Shown: positions 1-19,718 of the stretch, piece after piece
Position numbering within the stretch: position 1 is the stretch's first letter
Layout: every line of letters starts with the position of its first letter
Assembly (NCBI RefSeq): GCF_009914755.1
Contig: NC_060947.1
From: the human T2T-CHM13v2.0 reference genome, Homo sapiens
Reading direction: 5' to 3' (one strand)
Length of the DNA: 64,000 bases
The notes under the pieces: model-generated
The model's input: the letters and a program-made list of their open reading frames with translations, nothing else
What the model was told of the DNA's origin: nothing
Databases searched by the model: none
Translations under genes and position numbers: made by a program

Positions 1-900
1 ATGAATGTGGAGCAACCAGAACTCTCATACATGGCTGTTTGGAATATGAACTGGCACAACCATTTCTGGAGTAGAGCTTGGTCTTTCCTAGTAAAATAGA
101 ACATGTTCTATAACCCAGTAATTCCACTTCTATATGTACATTCTAAAGAAGCTCATGCCCATGTGGTCCAAGAAGAACATACAAGAATAGTCAACACCAC
201 AATATTTATATCATCTGAAAGAGGAAACGATTCAAGTGTTCATCCATAATAGAATCAGTAAGTAAACTGTGTTATAACCAGAAAATGAAATATTCCATAG
301 CATGAAAATTGATGAAATAGAGCTATATTGGATAAATCACAAAAGTCACAAAAGAAAACATTCTCTGTAATTTAAACTATATTAAATTCTAAAACAAGCA
401 AAATAAGTACATTTTATTGGAGGATGCATGCATATTTACAAATATAAAGAAAAGAAAGAAAATCATTACCCAAAACTCAGGCTTGGGCTAACTCAGCAAA
501 TACAGGAATGGAAGCAGGGCCTGATACTTTATCATATATTTTGGCATTAAACAACAAAACTGAAACTGAGTATATTCTGATGCTCATTAGTTCCATTCTG
601 GGGAATATATCCTCTAAGTCTAGAAAATCTCTTGAATATGTGCATCAGGATACAGATTCAAAAATGTTCTTGCCTATGTTGTTTGTAATCAAAAATATTG
701 GGAACAATCCAACTGACAATTGACAAGAGAATGAGTAAACAGTTGTGGATATTCATCTAATGAAAATTAAAGACCTAGAGCTAGGCATGTCAACTTGGAC
801 AACTTTTGCAGCATAATATTGAGGGGAAAATGCAAATCATATTAATAAAATACATGAACTGGTTTCCATTTGTATGAACTCCAAAAATATACAAAACTAA
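1..900 (+). mobile_element. Ancient L1M (L1ME/L1MD-like) 3'-end fragments
   Basis: Degenerate L1 3' motifs: 'gagcaaccagaactctcatac', 'acccagtaattccacttct', 'gagtaaacagttgtggatattcat'. Boundaries approximate. Confidence 0.6.
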
Positions 901-919
901 AGACAGTGCTATATGCAGC

Positions 920-1250
920 CACACTGCCCAATATAGTAACCACTGGCCACATGTGGCTAATAAGCATTTGAAAAGTGGATGGTCCAAATTCAGATGTTCT
1001 GTACATTTAAAATATGCACAAGATTTCAAAGAATTAGTATGAGAAAAAGGATGTAAAATACCTCATGAATTTTTTGTATTGACTACATAGCGAAATGACA
1101 ATATTTTGGATAGATTGGGTTAAATAAAATATATTTCTAATGAATTTCACCTGTTTCTTTATACTAATTTAAATGTGGCCACTAGAAAATTCAAAAATTA
1201 CATGTGGCTTGCATTTGTAGCTTACATCATATTTCTATTGGACAGTGCTG
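920..1250. mobile_element. MER33-like hAT-Charlie MITE
   Basis: TIR-like ends 'cacactgcccaatatag' and 'ctattggacagtgctg', internal 'ggccacatgtggcta'; ~330 bp. Confidence 0.8.
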
Positions 1251-1589
1251 GTACACCAATATCTACATAGATATTAGAGCTTTAAAAGAAACAATAAAAA
1301 CAAAATTTGGGTTAGAGATTCTTATAGGTGGAGGGAGATGGTGTGTGGAAGGAATACAGGTGGCTTTAAAGTTTTGGTAAGATTCTCTTCTTAAGCTGAG
1401 TTGCAGGTATGCAGCTGTTCATTTGATTGTTAATCTGTACTCCTCCCATATATATTACAAATATTTTTCCCATATAATTACGTTTAATATCAATTTTTAA
1501 AAAGTATAAATTCTTTTTAAGCCTTATTACCTGAAAATTGAATTTTACATAAGTAAAGCCAAATAAAACTAAAATGAGAATATCAGATG

Positions 1590-2680
1590 AGTCATCAGGA
1601 AGGTCATAAGAATAGAGATTCTAGTGGACTGTGGCAGGCTGAAAAGGAGCCGGTCACAGGGAAAGGAAGAGGTGGAGCATTCCAGGAGAAGGAACAGTGT
1701 ATGTGAAGACTATGAACTTCATTCTCATGTTTTAAGAACTGAAAGGAAACCAGAGGGATAAGAGGATGATGACTAAGACTAAGATAAAGATGAGGTTGGC
1801 AGGGCCAGCACATGCTTATAGGACATAGCAAGGGGCTATATTTTTTTCAAAATGCAATGGAAAGCCACAGAAAGGTTTTAAGCCTGATGACAAATGGATC
1901 CTATATTTTCTTTAAAAAGATTAATCTGTCCACTGAGTGGACAATATATTGTAGGTGGAGGTGAGGTCCAGACAAGGATGACAGTGGACTAGGGTGGGAG
2001 TGGCAGGAATGGAGAGAAGTGGAGGGATGTGGGATTTAGTTTTGAGATAGAATCAAGAAATGACTGATGAACTGGATGTACTCAGAACAGAACATTGAAA
2101 AGTCTCGAATAATTCCCAGATACTCCCAGATTTCTGGCTCAGTCAGATTTCTGACTTGAGAAATTCTCTGCCTGGTGGTGGTCTTTACCGACATGGGGAA
2201 AACTTGGTGAGAGAAAGGAGTAAAATCAAGTATTTGTTGAATATTTTAAACTTAGCTTGAGACATTCAAGTGGATGTATCAAATAAGAAGGTGGATATAT
2301 GTAACTAGAATTCAGAGGAGAGATCTGGGGTAAAAATAAATGTGGGAGTTGTCAGTAGGTAAAATAGAACTGAAAGCCATGACGATGGGTACCTTCTAGA
2401 GCACAAGTCAGCAAACTTTCTCTGTAAAGGCCCAGAAAGTAAATATTTTCAGCTTTATGGGCCATACAGTTTCTGTTGAAAAAAACTCAGTACTGTCATT
2501 GTAGGGAGAAAGCAGTCATAGACAATGTGCAGATTAATGGTAATGACTGTGTTCCGATAAATCTTTATTTACAAAAACAGGCGATAGGCTAGAGTTGGCC
2601 CACAGGCCATAATTTGCCAAGGCCTGTACTAGAGAGAGAAGAGGAAAGGGCCCAGACTAAGACCTAGAAAACACCAATCA
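1590..2680 (-). mobile_element. L2 LINE fragment, interrupted by MER58A
   Basis: Antisense L2 motifs 'cattccaggagaaggaacagtgtatgtgaag' and 'gagacattcaagtggatgtatc'. Confidence 0.75.
2402..2626 (+). mobile_element. MER58A hAT-Charlie MITE
   Basis: 'gcaaactttctctgtaaaggcccagaaagtaaatattttc...tttgccaaggcctg'; 8-bp TSD ttctagag/tactagag. Confidence 0.85.
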
Positions 2681-3424
2681 TGATAGCGGAAGCAAAATAT
2701 GGACACAGTCTCCTCCTAGGAGAGACATGTTAGCTCCAAGAGCAGTCATACACAACTGATATTTATGTTAATTATTCACGTTTCAGTATCAGTGGGATAT
2801 TTAGTAAATATGCTCTCGCTAAGTTACCTGGTTATCACTCATATTTCCAGGTTTTGGTGCAATACTCCATTTAGAAATATTAATTTACTCTTCTATCTCT
2901 TGAAGGCCAGTTTAACTATGGGTAAGGAATTGTTGAATTTCCAGAACATATGAGCTGTGGGAAAGAAAGATGTGGTGGAAAGTGTCATGGCATCCTTGCT
3001 ACTCCCCACTGGAGGAATGTGCCTTCAGCTCAGGCCTCAATATGAAAAATACTCTTTCCAACAGAGAATGAGCACAATAAAACTCACTCCTCTGCAGTTC
3101 AGCAGATGCCATGGAAAATAAGTTACAGGCATCTAGTCATAGTCCAAGCAGTTCAAACTAAGAAAGCTACTGAAAACTGTGCTGGAGAGAAAAGCCAACA
3201 GCAGGCTTTCTGACATGGGTTGAACAGGTATTAGATGAAGCAGCCTCATTAGAAATCAACTGGTAATATAAACCTCAGAAATTATGGATGAGGGGACTGA
3301 TAATTTTGCAAAAAATGTTAATAAGAGATGTAAAATTGGAAAACAATTTCAGCAAGGACTTGCATGTGGGAAAAATAAAATGTTTTCATTTTTCCATTAC
3401 TTCAAAAATAGGTAATGGGTCAGA

Positions 3425-3602
3425 CTATTTTTGTAAACAAAGTTTTATTGGAAAACAGCCACACCCATTCATTCATATATTGTCTAAGGATGCTTTCTCT
3501 CTACAATGGCAGAGTGGAGTAGTTGCAACAGACATCTTATGGCTCACAAGGCCTAAAATATTTACTATCTGGGCTCTTACAGGAAAAGCTTCCAGGCCTC
3601 TG
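3425..3602 (-). mobile_element. MER58A fragment
   Basis: 'ttttgtaaacaaagttttattggaaaacagccacacccattc...cctaaaatatttactatctgg'. Confidence 0.8.
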
Positions 3603-4580
3603 ATACAGGATATTTAGAAGAAAATCAGCAGAATGTTTCCAGAAAAAGGAAAGAACTCCTAAATAGAGAAAATCTCTCAGCCACATATAGTAAGGATTGT
3701 TACCAATTTCTTAATGAAAAGGGAACAGGAAATAAACAACAGAACCTCACCATATGTCACTATGTCACATGTAGTTTTTTTGTTTTAACAATTGATCATA
3801 GGTAAACTGTATAAAGTGCTTATTCTATAATTTTGGAACAGAAATAACTTCCATCTAATCCTTTTGAAGTTTTCATAGGTGTAGATTTTAAGAACCACCA
3901 TCTGTTACACACATTTATGCAAGTCGAATGGGTGAACTCTCCCTAAGTATTGCAAGCAAAGTTAGTATCCAAAATAGGAAAAACCAAGACCACAATTCTC
4001 TGATGCTTACAGAAGGGCTGGTTGAACCAGGATTATCTTAGCAAGTATATGAAACACATTATGGAAGTTCTAACCCACCCTTTCACTTCCATTTAACCTC
4101 CTTTCTTCCATGATAAAAATCAAAAGCTGTGCTAAAGTAGAAATTTACTATTCATTAAAATGTTATTGCATAGAGGATGATTTAGCACAGAGAAATAGAA
4201 ATAGGTATCAAAAGGTTTTCATCATATAACTCTCTCTACCACCAACCAGGTCCATGTTCTCAATCCATGATTATACACTATATTGTAACATTTTCTAATT
4301 ATGTCCCACATAGGTTTGCTTATCCTACGTGGGACATAATTACATTTTATGCTCCATAAAGGCTGGGACTATGGATTAAATCTTTTTTATTTATTCCTTA
4401 GCATCTATCAAAAAGGAAGAAATTAATTTGATAAAGTCTTTGTTACATAGATATCTGACTGTAAACATTTTCCAGACATTAAACCTACTTTATAATTATC
4501 AGCTAAGACACTGAACACTGATTGGATGGGTGAGAAGAGAGAAACAGGCATTCCACAACAGATGTGCATGTATGCATGTA

Positions 4581-4583
<3 letters not shown>

Positions 4584-4626
<43 letters not shown>
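4584..4626. repeat. (CA)n microsatellite, ~21 units
   Basis: Read directly. Confidence 0.98.
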
Positions 4627-4629
<3 letters not shown>

Positions 4630-4959
4630 TGAATGCTTAGTTTAACTCTAATTTTCAGAAATACATAATTTTCTGAATTACAAATATTAATTGTTAGAAA
4701 TATAACCAGAGAAGAGGGCAAGAGCCAGGAGACCCTGGCAAAAGGGTGAACCCAAGAGACTGAACCACTCCAAGATGGGAGAAAAAAAGATAAATTATTG
4801 AGTGGGGATATGAGGGACAAAGGGTAAGATATTGCATATCTTGGATATGGGGAGATAGCTAAGCTGAAAAAGACCAGCAGATTCCCAAGGTTAAGAGAGG
4901 CAGCATCAAATGTAGAAGGCTTAGCTAAGGCAGGACAGAGCAGATAGGTGCTCCCATAT

Positions 4960-6099
<1,140 letters not shown>

Positions 6100-6119
6100 T
6101 AGATTTTAAATCATTTCAT

Positions 6120-6222
6120 TACAGGCTCCCTATCTTTGCATTCCTCTGGTACTTATCTCAGTGCCTTACACTAGATTCTCAATGAATGTTTTGTGAATGA
6201 ACAAATGAATTAATTAATTAAC
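6120..6222 (+). mobile_element. L2 3' end
   Basis: 'ctcaatgaatgttttgtgaatgaacaaatgaat' L2 terminus. Confidence 0.6.
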
Positions 6223-6249
6223 AATAGGAAGAGTCTAAGGGGAAGAGGT

Positions 6250-6690
6250 TAGTAGTAAAAATGATAGTTGACTACCAAAATCTGTCCTCCCCTTCTTACA
6301 TAGAAATAGAGTTGTGTCTAGTACATGATTGCTAACTAGACCATATTCCCCAGCCTCCTTTGCAGTTAGCCATGGTCATGTGACTGAGTTCTCACTCATC
6401 AAATGTTGGCACATATGATGAGTTCTACTTCCAACTCTCTTTTAAGATGTTAAGGACCTCTTATATGCTCCCTTTCCTTTCCCACTGGCTGAAACTGGGA
6501 CAGACTTGACAGTAGCCCAGCCTCAAGAATGTAGATAAAGACAGTGCCCCAGGAGAATGACTGAGCTGCAAGGTGGGAGCTAGCCTGGGTCCCTAGATGG
6601 CCATATGGGGCAAAGTTTCTCTGATGACCAGAACTGCTCACATCAGAACTGTTATATGAAATATAAGCCAATTTACAGAGGGCTTCTTTT
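6250..6690 (+). mobile_element. MaLR LTR (MLT1H/G-like), interrupted by L1MA
   Basis: 'ttccccagcctcctttgcagttagccatggtcatgtgactgagttct'. Confidence 0.7.
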
Positions 6691-8267
6691 TTAATTTTTA
6701 ATTTTTGTGGGTACATGGTAGGTACATACACGTATGGGGTAGATTAGCTGTTTTAATACAAGCATGCAATGCATAATTATCACATCATGGAAAGTGGGGT
6801 ATCCATCCTCTCATGCATTTATCCTTTGTGTTACAAACACTTCAATTGTACTCTTTTAGTTATTTTTAAATGTACAATGAAATTATTGTTGACTGTGGTC
6901 ACCCTGTTGTGCTATCAATTACTATCATTCTTTCTATTTTTTGTACCCATTAACCATCCCCACCTCCCCCTCACCCGCCCCTCAACTACCCTTCCCAGCC
7001 TCTGGTAACCATCATTATATTCTCTATCTCTATGAGTTCAATTGTTTTGATGTTTAGATCCCACAAATAAGTGAGAACACGCAGTGTTTCTCTTTTGGTG
7101 TCTGGCTTCTTTCACTTAGCATAATAACCTCCGGTTCCATTCATGTTGTTGCAAATGACTGAATCTCATTCTTTTTTACGGCTTATACTCCATTGTGTAT
7201 AAGTACCACATTTTCTTTATCTATTTATCTGTTGGTGGACACTTAGTTGGCTTCCAAATATTGGCTATTGTGAACAGAGCTGCAACAAACATGGGAGTGC
7301 AGATATCCCTTCGATGTATTGATTTCCTTTCTTGTGGGTATATACCCAGCAGTGGAATTGCTGGGTCCTATGATAGCTCTATTTTAGTTTTTTGAGGAAA
7401 GTCCAAACTGTTCTCCATAGTGATTGTACTAATTTACACTCCCACAAACAGTGTACAAGGGTTCCCTTTTCTCCACATCCTCATTAGCATTTATTATTGC
7501 CTGTCTTTTGGATATAAGCCATTTTAACTAGGGTGAGATGATATCACAGTGTAGTTTTTACTTGCATTTCTCTGATGATCAATGATATTGAGCACCTTTT
7601 TTGTATGCCTGTTTGCCATTTGTCTTCTTTTGAGAAATGTCTATTCAGCTCTTTTGGCTATTATTTAATCAGAGTACTAGATTTTTTTCCCATAGAGTTG
7701 TTTGAGCTTCTTGTATGTTCTGGTTATTAATCCCTTGTCAGACAGATAGTTTGCAAATATCTTCTCCCATTGTATGGGTTGTCTCTTCACTTTGTTGATT
7801 GTTTCCTTTGCTGCACAGAAGCTTTTTAACTTGATATTATTCCCTTTGTCCATTTTTGCTTTGGTTGCCTGTGCTAGTGGGCATTACTCAAGAAATCTTT
7901 GCCCAGACCAAGGTCCTGGAGAGTTTCCCCAGTGTTTTCTTGTAGTAGTTTCATAGTTTTAGGTCTTATATTTGATTCTTTAATCCTTTTTTTTTTAATT
8001 TATGTATGTGGTGAGAGATAGAGGTCTAGTTTCATTCTTCTGCATATGGATATCCAGTTTCCCCAGCACCATTTATTGAAGAGACTGTCTTTTCCCCATG
8101 TATATTCTTGTCACCTTAGTTGAATATAAGTTCACTGTAGGTGTGTGGATTTGTTCCTGGGTTCTCTATTCTATTCCATTGGTCTATGTGTCTGTTTTTA
8201 TGTCAGTACCATGCTGTTTTGGTTACTATAGCTCTGTAGTACAATTTGAAGTCAGGTAATGTGATTC
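6691..8267 (-). mobile_element. 5'-truncated L1MA (L1MA1-3 type)
   Basis: Antisense L1MA 3'UTR ('tttgtgggtacatggtagg...ggggtatccatcc') and ORF2 end; TSD agaggg(c/t)ttctttt. Confidence 0.9.
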
Positions 8268-8339
8268 TAGAGGGTTTCTTTTTATATTTGCTTAGTCTTG
8301 ATCCTAAGAAGAGATTCAATGTGAGGTTGTCCAGCCAAT

Positions 8340-9110
8340 AAGCAGTGTATTAGGGGTAAATGTCATGGAGTGCCCTTATGTCTAAAGAAAAGCCTAATGA
8401 TTTCACAAATATGGAATAGGGGGACTCTAGCTTAACTGCCTCATGTGTGAAAAGACTTGGAGATTTTTTTGTTACCTAAAGGATGAATATGACATGGAGT
8501 TCCCTTATGTCTAAAGAAAAACTAATGATTTCACAAATACGGAATAGAGGGACTCTAGCTTAACTGCCTCATGTGTGAAAAGACTTGGAGATTTTTTGGT
8601 TAACTAAAGGATGAATATGATTCAACAGTGTGCCATAACTGGGGGTGGCAGTAGTGAATATAGTCCTAGCAGTGTGCCATGTAGAACGAAGGCAGTGATG
8701 GTTGGACTTAAGTCTTTCTGCCCTTGTCAGACCATGGCTGGCAAACTTCAGATCACAGTGCAGACTCATTTCTTCAACAAGACTTATCAAGTACGTTATG
8801 GGAATATGATTACATCTTAGTGGTCCATGAGTGCTAACAAATTCGGTTAAACTTTTTATTTTTGCTTACAATTCTCAGGTGGACTGCATCTGAGTCAGAC
8901 AATCTGGATGCCTCCAGCAAAGCCTATTCAGAGGAGATAAATCAGGATGGTGAACACATTAAAAATTAAGTCCTATAAGGAGTATTTGTTGGTCTTGAAT
9001 AGGAAGAAAGTGACTCATCACAATGCAGAGGAACCCTAGGGGGACAAAATAGCAGATGTCTTCAAGTATTTGTAGGACCCTTCACAAGGAAGAGGAATGA
9101 GACATGTTCT
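8340..9110 (+). mobile_element. CR1/L3 ORF2 fossil, 3' part
   Basis: Traces of EKDLG...K.NM.QQC (8577-8634) and 'gtcttcaagtatttg' (VFKYL, ~9058-9072). Confidence 0.65.
8364..8620. repeat. ~129-bp tandem duplication, 2 copies
   Basis: 8364-8492 and 8493-8620 nearly identical. Confidence 0.95.
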
Positions 9111-9252
9111 GAATGGTATCTGAAAAATTTGAACTTGAAACTGCATGCAAAAAAAAGCAATACTCCATATAACCCTAATGTATAAACATCTACATTTTTC
9201 TAAAATTAAGAGATGCCCATTTATATTTACAGAAGAATCCTTCCCTTCATAA

Positions 9253-10625
<1,373 letters not shown>

Positions 10626-11642
10626 ATGGGGAAAAAACAGAGCAGAAAAACTGGAAACTCTAAAAAGCAGAGCACCTCTCCTCCTCCAAAGGAACGCAGT
10701 TCCTCACCAGCAACGGAACAAAGCTGGACGGAGAATGACTTTGACAAGTTGAGAGAAGAAGTCTTCACACGATCAAACTACTCCGAGCTACAGGAGGAAA
10801 TTCAACCCAAAGGCAAAGAAGTTAAAAACTTTGAAAAAAATTTAGAAGAATGTATAACTAGAATAACCAATACAGAGAAGTGCTTAAAGGAGCTGATGGA
10901 CCTGAAAGCCAAGGCTCGAGAACTACGTGAAGAATGCAGAAGCCTCCGGAGCCGATGCGATCAACTGGAAGAAAGGGTATCAGTGATGGAACATGAAATG
11001 AATGAAATGAAGCGACAAGGGAAGTTTAGAGAAAAAGGAATAAAAAGAAACAAACAAAGCCTCCAAGAAATATGGGACTATGTGAAAAGACCAAATCTAC
11101 GTCTGATTGGTGTACCTGAAAGTGACGGGGAGAATGGAACCAAGTCGGAAAACACTCTGCAAGATATTATCCAGGAGAACTTCCCCAATCTAGCAAGGCA
11201 GGCCAACATTCAGATTCAGGAAATACAGAGAACACCACAAAGATACTCCTCGAGAAGAACAACTCCAAGACACATAATTGTCAGATTCACCAAAGTTGAA
11301 ATGAAGGAAAAAAATGGTAAGGGCAGCCAGAGAGAAAGGTCAGGTTACCCACAAAGGGAAGCCCATCAGACTAACAGCAGATCTCTTGGCAGAAACTCTA
11401 CAAGCCAGAAGAGAGTGGGGGCCAATATTCAACATTCTTAAAGAAAAGAATTTTCAACCCAGAATTTCATATCCAGCCACACTAAGCTTCATAAGTGAAG
11501 GAGAAATAAAATACTTTACAGACAAGCAAATGCTGAGAGATTTTGTCACACCAGGCCTGCCCTAAAAGAGCTCCTGAAGGAAGCACTAAACATAGAAAGG
11601 AACAAGCAGTACCAGCCGCTGCAAAATCATGCCAAATTGTAA
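10626..11642 (+). pseudogene. L1 ORF1p (RNA-binding chaperone), frameshifted
   Basis: MGKKQSRKTGNSK... start; +1 shift in the A-run near 11310 and -1 shift near 11548; normal TAA at 11640-11642. Confidence 0.93.
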
Positions 11643-11690
11643 AGACTATCGAGGCTAGGAAGAAACTGCATCAACTAACAAGCAAAATAA

Positions 11691-15532
<3,842 letters not shown>

Positions 15533-15789
15533 ACAATGAGAACACATGGACACAGGAAGGGGAACATCACACTCTGGGGGCCGTTGTGGGGTGGGGGGAG
15601 GGGGGAGGGATAGCATTAGGAAATATACCTAATGCTAAATGAGGAGTTGATGGGTGCAGCACACCAGCATGGCACATGTATGCATATGTAACTAACCTGC
15701 ACATTGTGCACATGTACCCTAAAACTTAAAGTATAATAATAATAAAAATAAAATGAAAAAGATTTTTTATTTGCAAAATAACCTTACAG

Positions 15790-16215
15790 GAATACTGAAT
15801 CCCTCAGCTCCATGGCACAGCACAATTAGCAAGGCTAATATGAGGCAAGTTTAATAAAGAAACTATTGACAAATGTGTGGGAGGCAATAGAGAAATCACA
15901 AGGAGTGGCAAAGAATCCCAGGGCTAGTGACAACAGGGCACTGAAGGGCCAAGGGAAAGGCAGTTACTGGAACTTGCAGACAGTGAGCATTGAAAGTTGA
16001 GTGAAATTGGCTGCATGCTGAGGGATGCACCTTATGATGACCCTACAGGATGCAGCTGGGGGAATAATACTTTGAACTTCACTGTCTTCCCTTCTTGCAA
16101 TCTGCCATGGCTTCCCATTGACTGAACCCAACCAGAAGCCAGAGGTCAGGAAAGCACATTTATGGAATCCATGCAGATCAGCCCTTCAGTGCATAAAGCA
16201 GAGTAGAAAGGATCT
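15790..16215 (-). mobile_element. ERVL-class solo LTR (LTR41-like)
   Basis: 'gtttaataaagaaactattgacaaatgtgtggg...cccagggctagtgacaacaggg'; family from recall. Confidence 0.55.
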
Positions 16216-16899
16216 GCAGTAGCAAATAGAAGCCATCAAGGAAATGTAATGTGAATCTGAATGTTCTGCTTTATGTATCAATGTTCCTATCATATATCTT
16301 TTCATTTTATTCCATGTACGAGCAATACCAATGAAACCTCAGTGATAGCAGTCTCCAAAACAAGTAGTGTGAGCTGATATAAAATGAAAATGAAAATCCA
16401 GTATACTGGAAGTGAAGCTGGTGTTTTCTCATCTCCCTCCACTCACATGGATGAGTGAGCTCTCCATTTTTAAACACCATTTGCAGACTGATACGCCTCT
16501 ATTATATACTAAACCTATGGTAAATCAAAAAAGGAAAATAAATCTTGCCTCTGTAAAGAATGCCTCCAACAGTAAGATGAAGATTTTGTTTTCATAAAGC
16601 ATCAAATGATCCACTGTAAAAATCTGACTAGGTCAGAATTCTAAAAACAAATCTAGCTGCATAAAGTTAAAGTCCTGGGGAAAAAAAAAAAAAGATAAGA
16701 TACAGTAATACTCTCGGGCCTAAACATTTTGTTTGGGTTTTGAATTAGACATATGTTCATTCATCATCCTCATTTGTGCAAAGAGTAAAACCTGTCTCAT
16801 TGGTAATTTTTATTTCAACATGACTCCCTTCTGTAAATGCCCTCTCTCAGTTATAGCACATGGTTTTTTTTAAGCCTTGGGCAGACTCACACATTTTCT

Positions 16900-17105
16900 G
16901 CTGCTGCTGTTGCTCCCACAGCACTTTTTTCTTCCCTTTCTTACAGCACAGATCATTTTGTATCATAATTATTGAACATATCTGACTCCCTTGGTAGACT
17001 GTGAGCCCCCAGGAGGAAAGACCATGCCTTACTCATCTTTGCATCCTGCAGTCCCAGGAGCTCCTTCCCCAGGGTACACACCCAATGAATACTTGTCAAA
17101 TAAGT
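16900..17105 (+). mobile_element. L2 3' fragment
   Basis: 'tagactgtgagcccccaggagg..gaccatgccttactcatctttgcatcc'. Confidence 0.7.
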
Positions 17106-17314
17106 ATTTTTTGCGGCTTCAGTGATGAAGCATCTTTACCTTCTGTCTTTTCTCTCTCGAGGAGCAGGATTCTTGAACTAAGAGAGAACACCATCCTTCC
17201 TACACATTCTCCAGAGTGAAGCTTGTGGTTTGGGTTTTCTTCTTAACTATTCTGTATTTGTATTTGCATGTACTATACAAGCAAATGTAAGGTTTTGTTA
17301 AACTGAATCACTTA

Positions 17315-17435
17315 GAGTTGAGATCAGCAGACTTTTTTTTTAAGGGCCAGAGAGTATAACTATTTTAGGTCTGACCTTGTAGCGCCATTGACAATACGTA
17401 AATGATAGGGCGTGACTGTGTTCCAATGAAACAGG
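17315..17435 (+). mobile_element. Internally deleted MER58 fragment
   Basis: 'taagggccagagagtataactattttagg...gacaatacgtaaatgatagggcgtgactgtgttccaat'. Confidence 0.65.
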
Positions 17436-18697
17436 CCTCCATTACCAGACACTAGGTTGTGAGCAATGCTGCAATGAGTAACCTTGTACACATAGCCTTT
17501 CTTTCTTGTGCATATGTATCTGTAGGATCAATGACAAAATGTGGGATTGCTGGGGAAAGAATAACTACATCTGTAAATTTGGTAGATACGGCCAAATTTG
17601 TGCACTTGTTGATTAAAAAAATTAACTGAGAAAAGAAAGAAACATGATCTCACAATCAAACTATTCATGGCTTCTAAAGTTAGAATCAGAACAGGAATTA
17701 AATAGTCAGCGTTTATTGAATATCTATCATCTCTGCCTTCTTGATACACTAATGTATTGGGAAAAACAACACATGGGAAAAACAAATGTCTCTTCACTCA
17801 GAAACTATAAAGTCTGGTCAATGTAAATCGACTACAATGATTTTTTGACTTGAGGTCATTTTTAAGTAAATTAATTAATCATTTAACTAATAAGAAAATA
17901 TCTGTTCAAAATTTATTACCATTATGGCTTAAGATACCCATGGCTAAAAGAGGTCGTCTGGACTAATATAACACTTTATCTTTGCATCTTTAGAATCTCT
18001 TTTTCATGTTTTACCTTATATTAAGAATATCTATATATTTTTTATGTCCCTTACCTAATGAACATACATGGGCTCTTGGTCATTTACCTTTTTTGCTTGG
18101 TCAGTCCATCAACACAAAGTCTGCAGAAAGCACAAAGTACCCTAAATAGTTACTCTCTGGTCCTTTTTTAAAAGGAAGTTTGCTGACCCCAACTCTAAAT
18201 GATTCCATTTAACAAAATCTTACATTTGCTAGTGAATCCTTTTTTAAGGAGGGACTCCATGTTCAGCATTTTTATCATACACAGAAGACCATTCAGATCA
18301 TCTTTCTAGCTATGTCAGTTAAATTCCACAGATGATGAATAGATTAGACCTTGCATAATTCACGTAACATTAGGCATGCTGTTGTAAGGAGACAGTACCT
18401 TTCCTTTGCTTGTACCTGCTGGCCTCAGAATTCCTCCGAGGATATAAAAACAAATGTGGGAGTGGCCAAAAGTTAAGAGACCCTGGGAGAAACCACAAGG
18501 CTGCTGAATGCATCATCACATGGATTTTCTCCAATGCCTGTGGTCACCTTGTTGTCCCCTCTCAGACCAATATTCATGGATTATCTTGTCAGAAAGCTTT
18601 ACCACTGGATTCTCATGTCACATAGCAATATGCCCTCCACTCAGCAGATTAGAGTCTGAACAGCCAGAAAGTTCAAATAACCAGAACTGGCTTTGAT

Positions 18698-18699
18698 CA

Positions 18700-18742
<43 letters not shown>
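18698..18742. repeat. (CA)n microsatellite
   Basis: Read directly; one interruption. Confidence 0.98.
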
Positions 18743-18745
<3 letters not shown>

Positions 18746-19277
18746 TACGCTGAATTAGCCCACAAGACCCAACAACCGTAACTAGTTTGATGTGCTTAAA
18801 ACCTTTGCAACATCTAAAAGTGTTTTGTGAATTATCAAAGAAAGATTTAAATAAGGACAATATAGCTTTAGTTTTAATTATATCACATTGTTGTATAAAC
18901 TCTTGGAATTGGTTTAGTTAAATGAAAATCTTTCATCTGTAAGTTTTTTGAATTATTTTCATGTCTTTATTAAAACATGGTAATATTATGTAGTCTACAG
19001 GGAATTTGTTGATTGTGTGGATTTTTTTGATTACACTATAATTATTGCTGATTACTTAGAAGTTTAAAATATGTAACAGTAACACTAGCAGTATAAACTA
19101 AATATTTAGAGTAAGCTGATTAATACTCAAACCAGAAAATTAGTTAACTAGACTACCTAACTCTCCCAGATTTCTGGAATAATCAGTTTACTTACATGGT
19201 ATGGGTCTCTGGGAACTCTCTTAAACATGCTGAGTTGAGCAAAGCTGACTCTTCATTGGCCTTCTATATTAATTTCA

Positions 19278-19718
19278 ACCATAAACTGGGTAGCTTAAGA
19301 CAACAGTAAATTAAGAAATTTATTCTCTCACAGGTCTGGAGGCTGGAATTTCAAAATCAAGTTGTCAGCAAGGCCACACTCCCTCTGAGGGCTCTAGGGG
19401 AGAATCTTTCCTTGCGTCTTCCTAGCTTCTGGTGGTTGCCAGCAATCCTTAGCATTCTTTGGCTTATAGATGCCTCATTCCAGTCTCCACCTCTGTGGTC
19501 TCGTGGGGCTCCGCCTGTGTGTCTGTCTCTGTGTTTTCTCCTCTTTCCATAAGAACACCAGCCATACTGGCTTAAGGGCCCATTCTAGTCCAGTATGAAC
19601 TTATCTCGACTTAATTAATTATATCTTCAATGACCCAGTTTCCAAATAGGGTCACATTCTAAGGTATTGGGAATTAGAACTTCAACGTATCTTTCGGGGA
19701 CATAATTCAACCCATAAC
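19278..19718 (-). mobile_element. MaLR LTR (MLT1B-like)
   Basis: 'aaatttattctctcacaggtctggaggctgg...ggggacataattcaacccataac'. Confidence 0.85.

Noticed and set aside
15576-15610. G-quadruplex-forming tract
   Set aside because: Standard L1PA 3'UTR polypurine tract.
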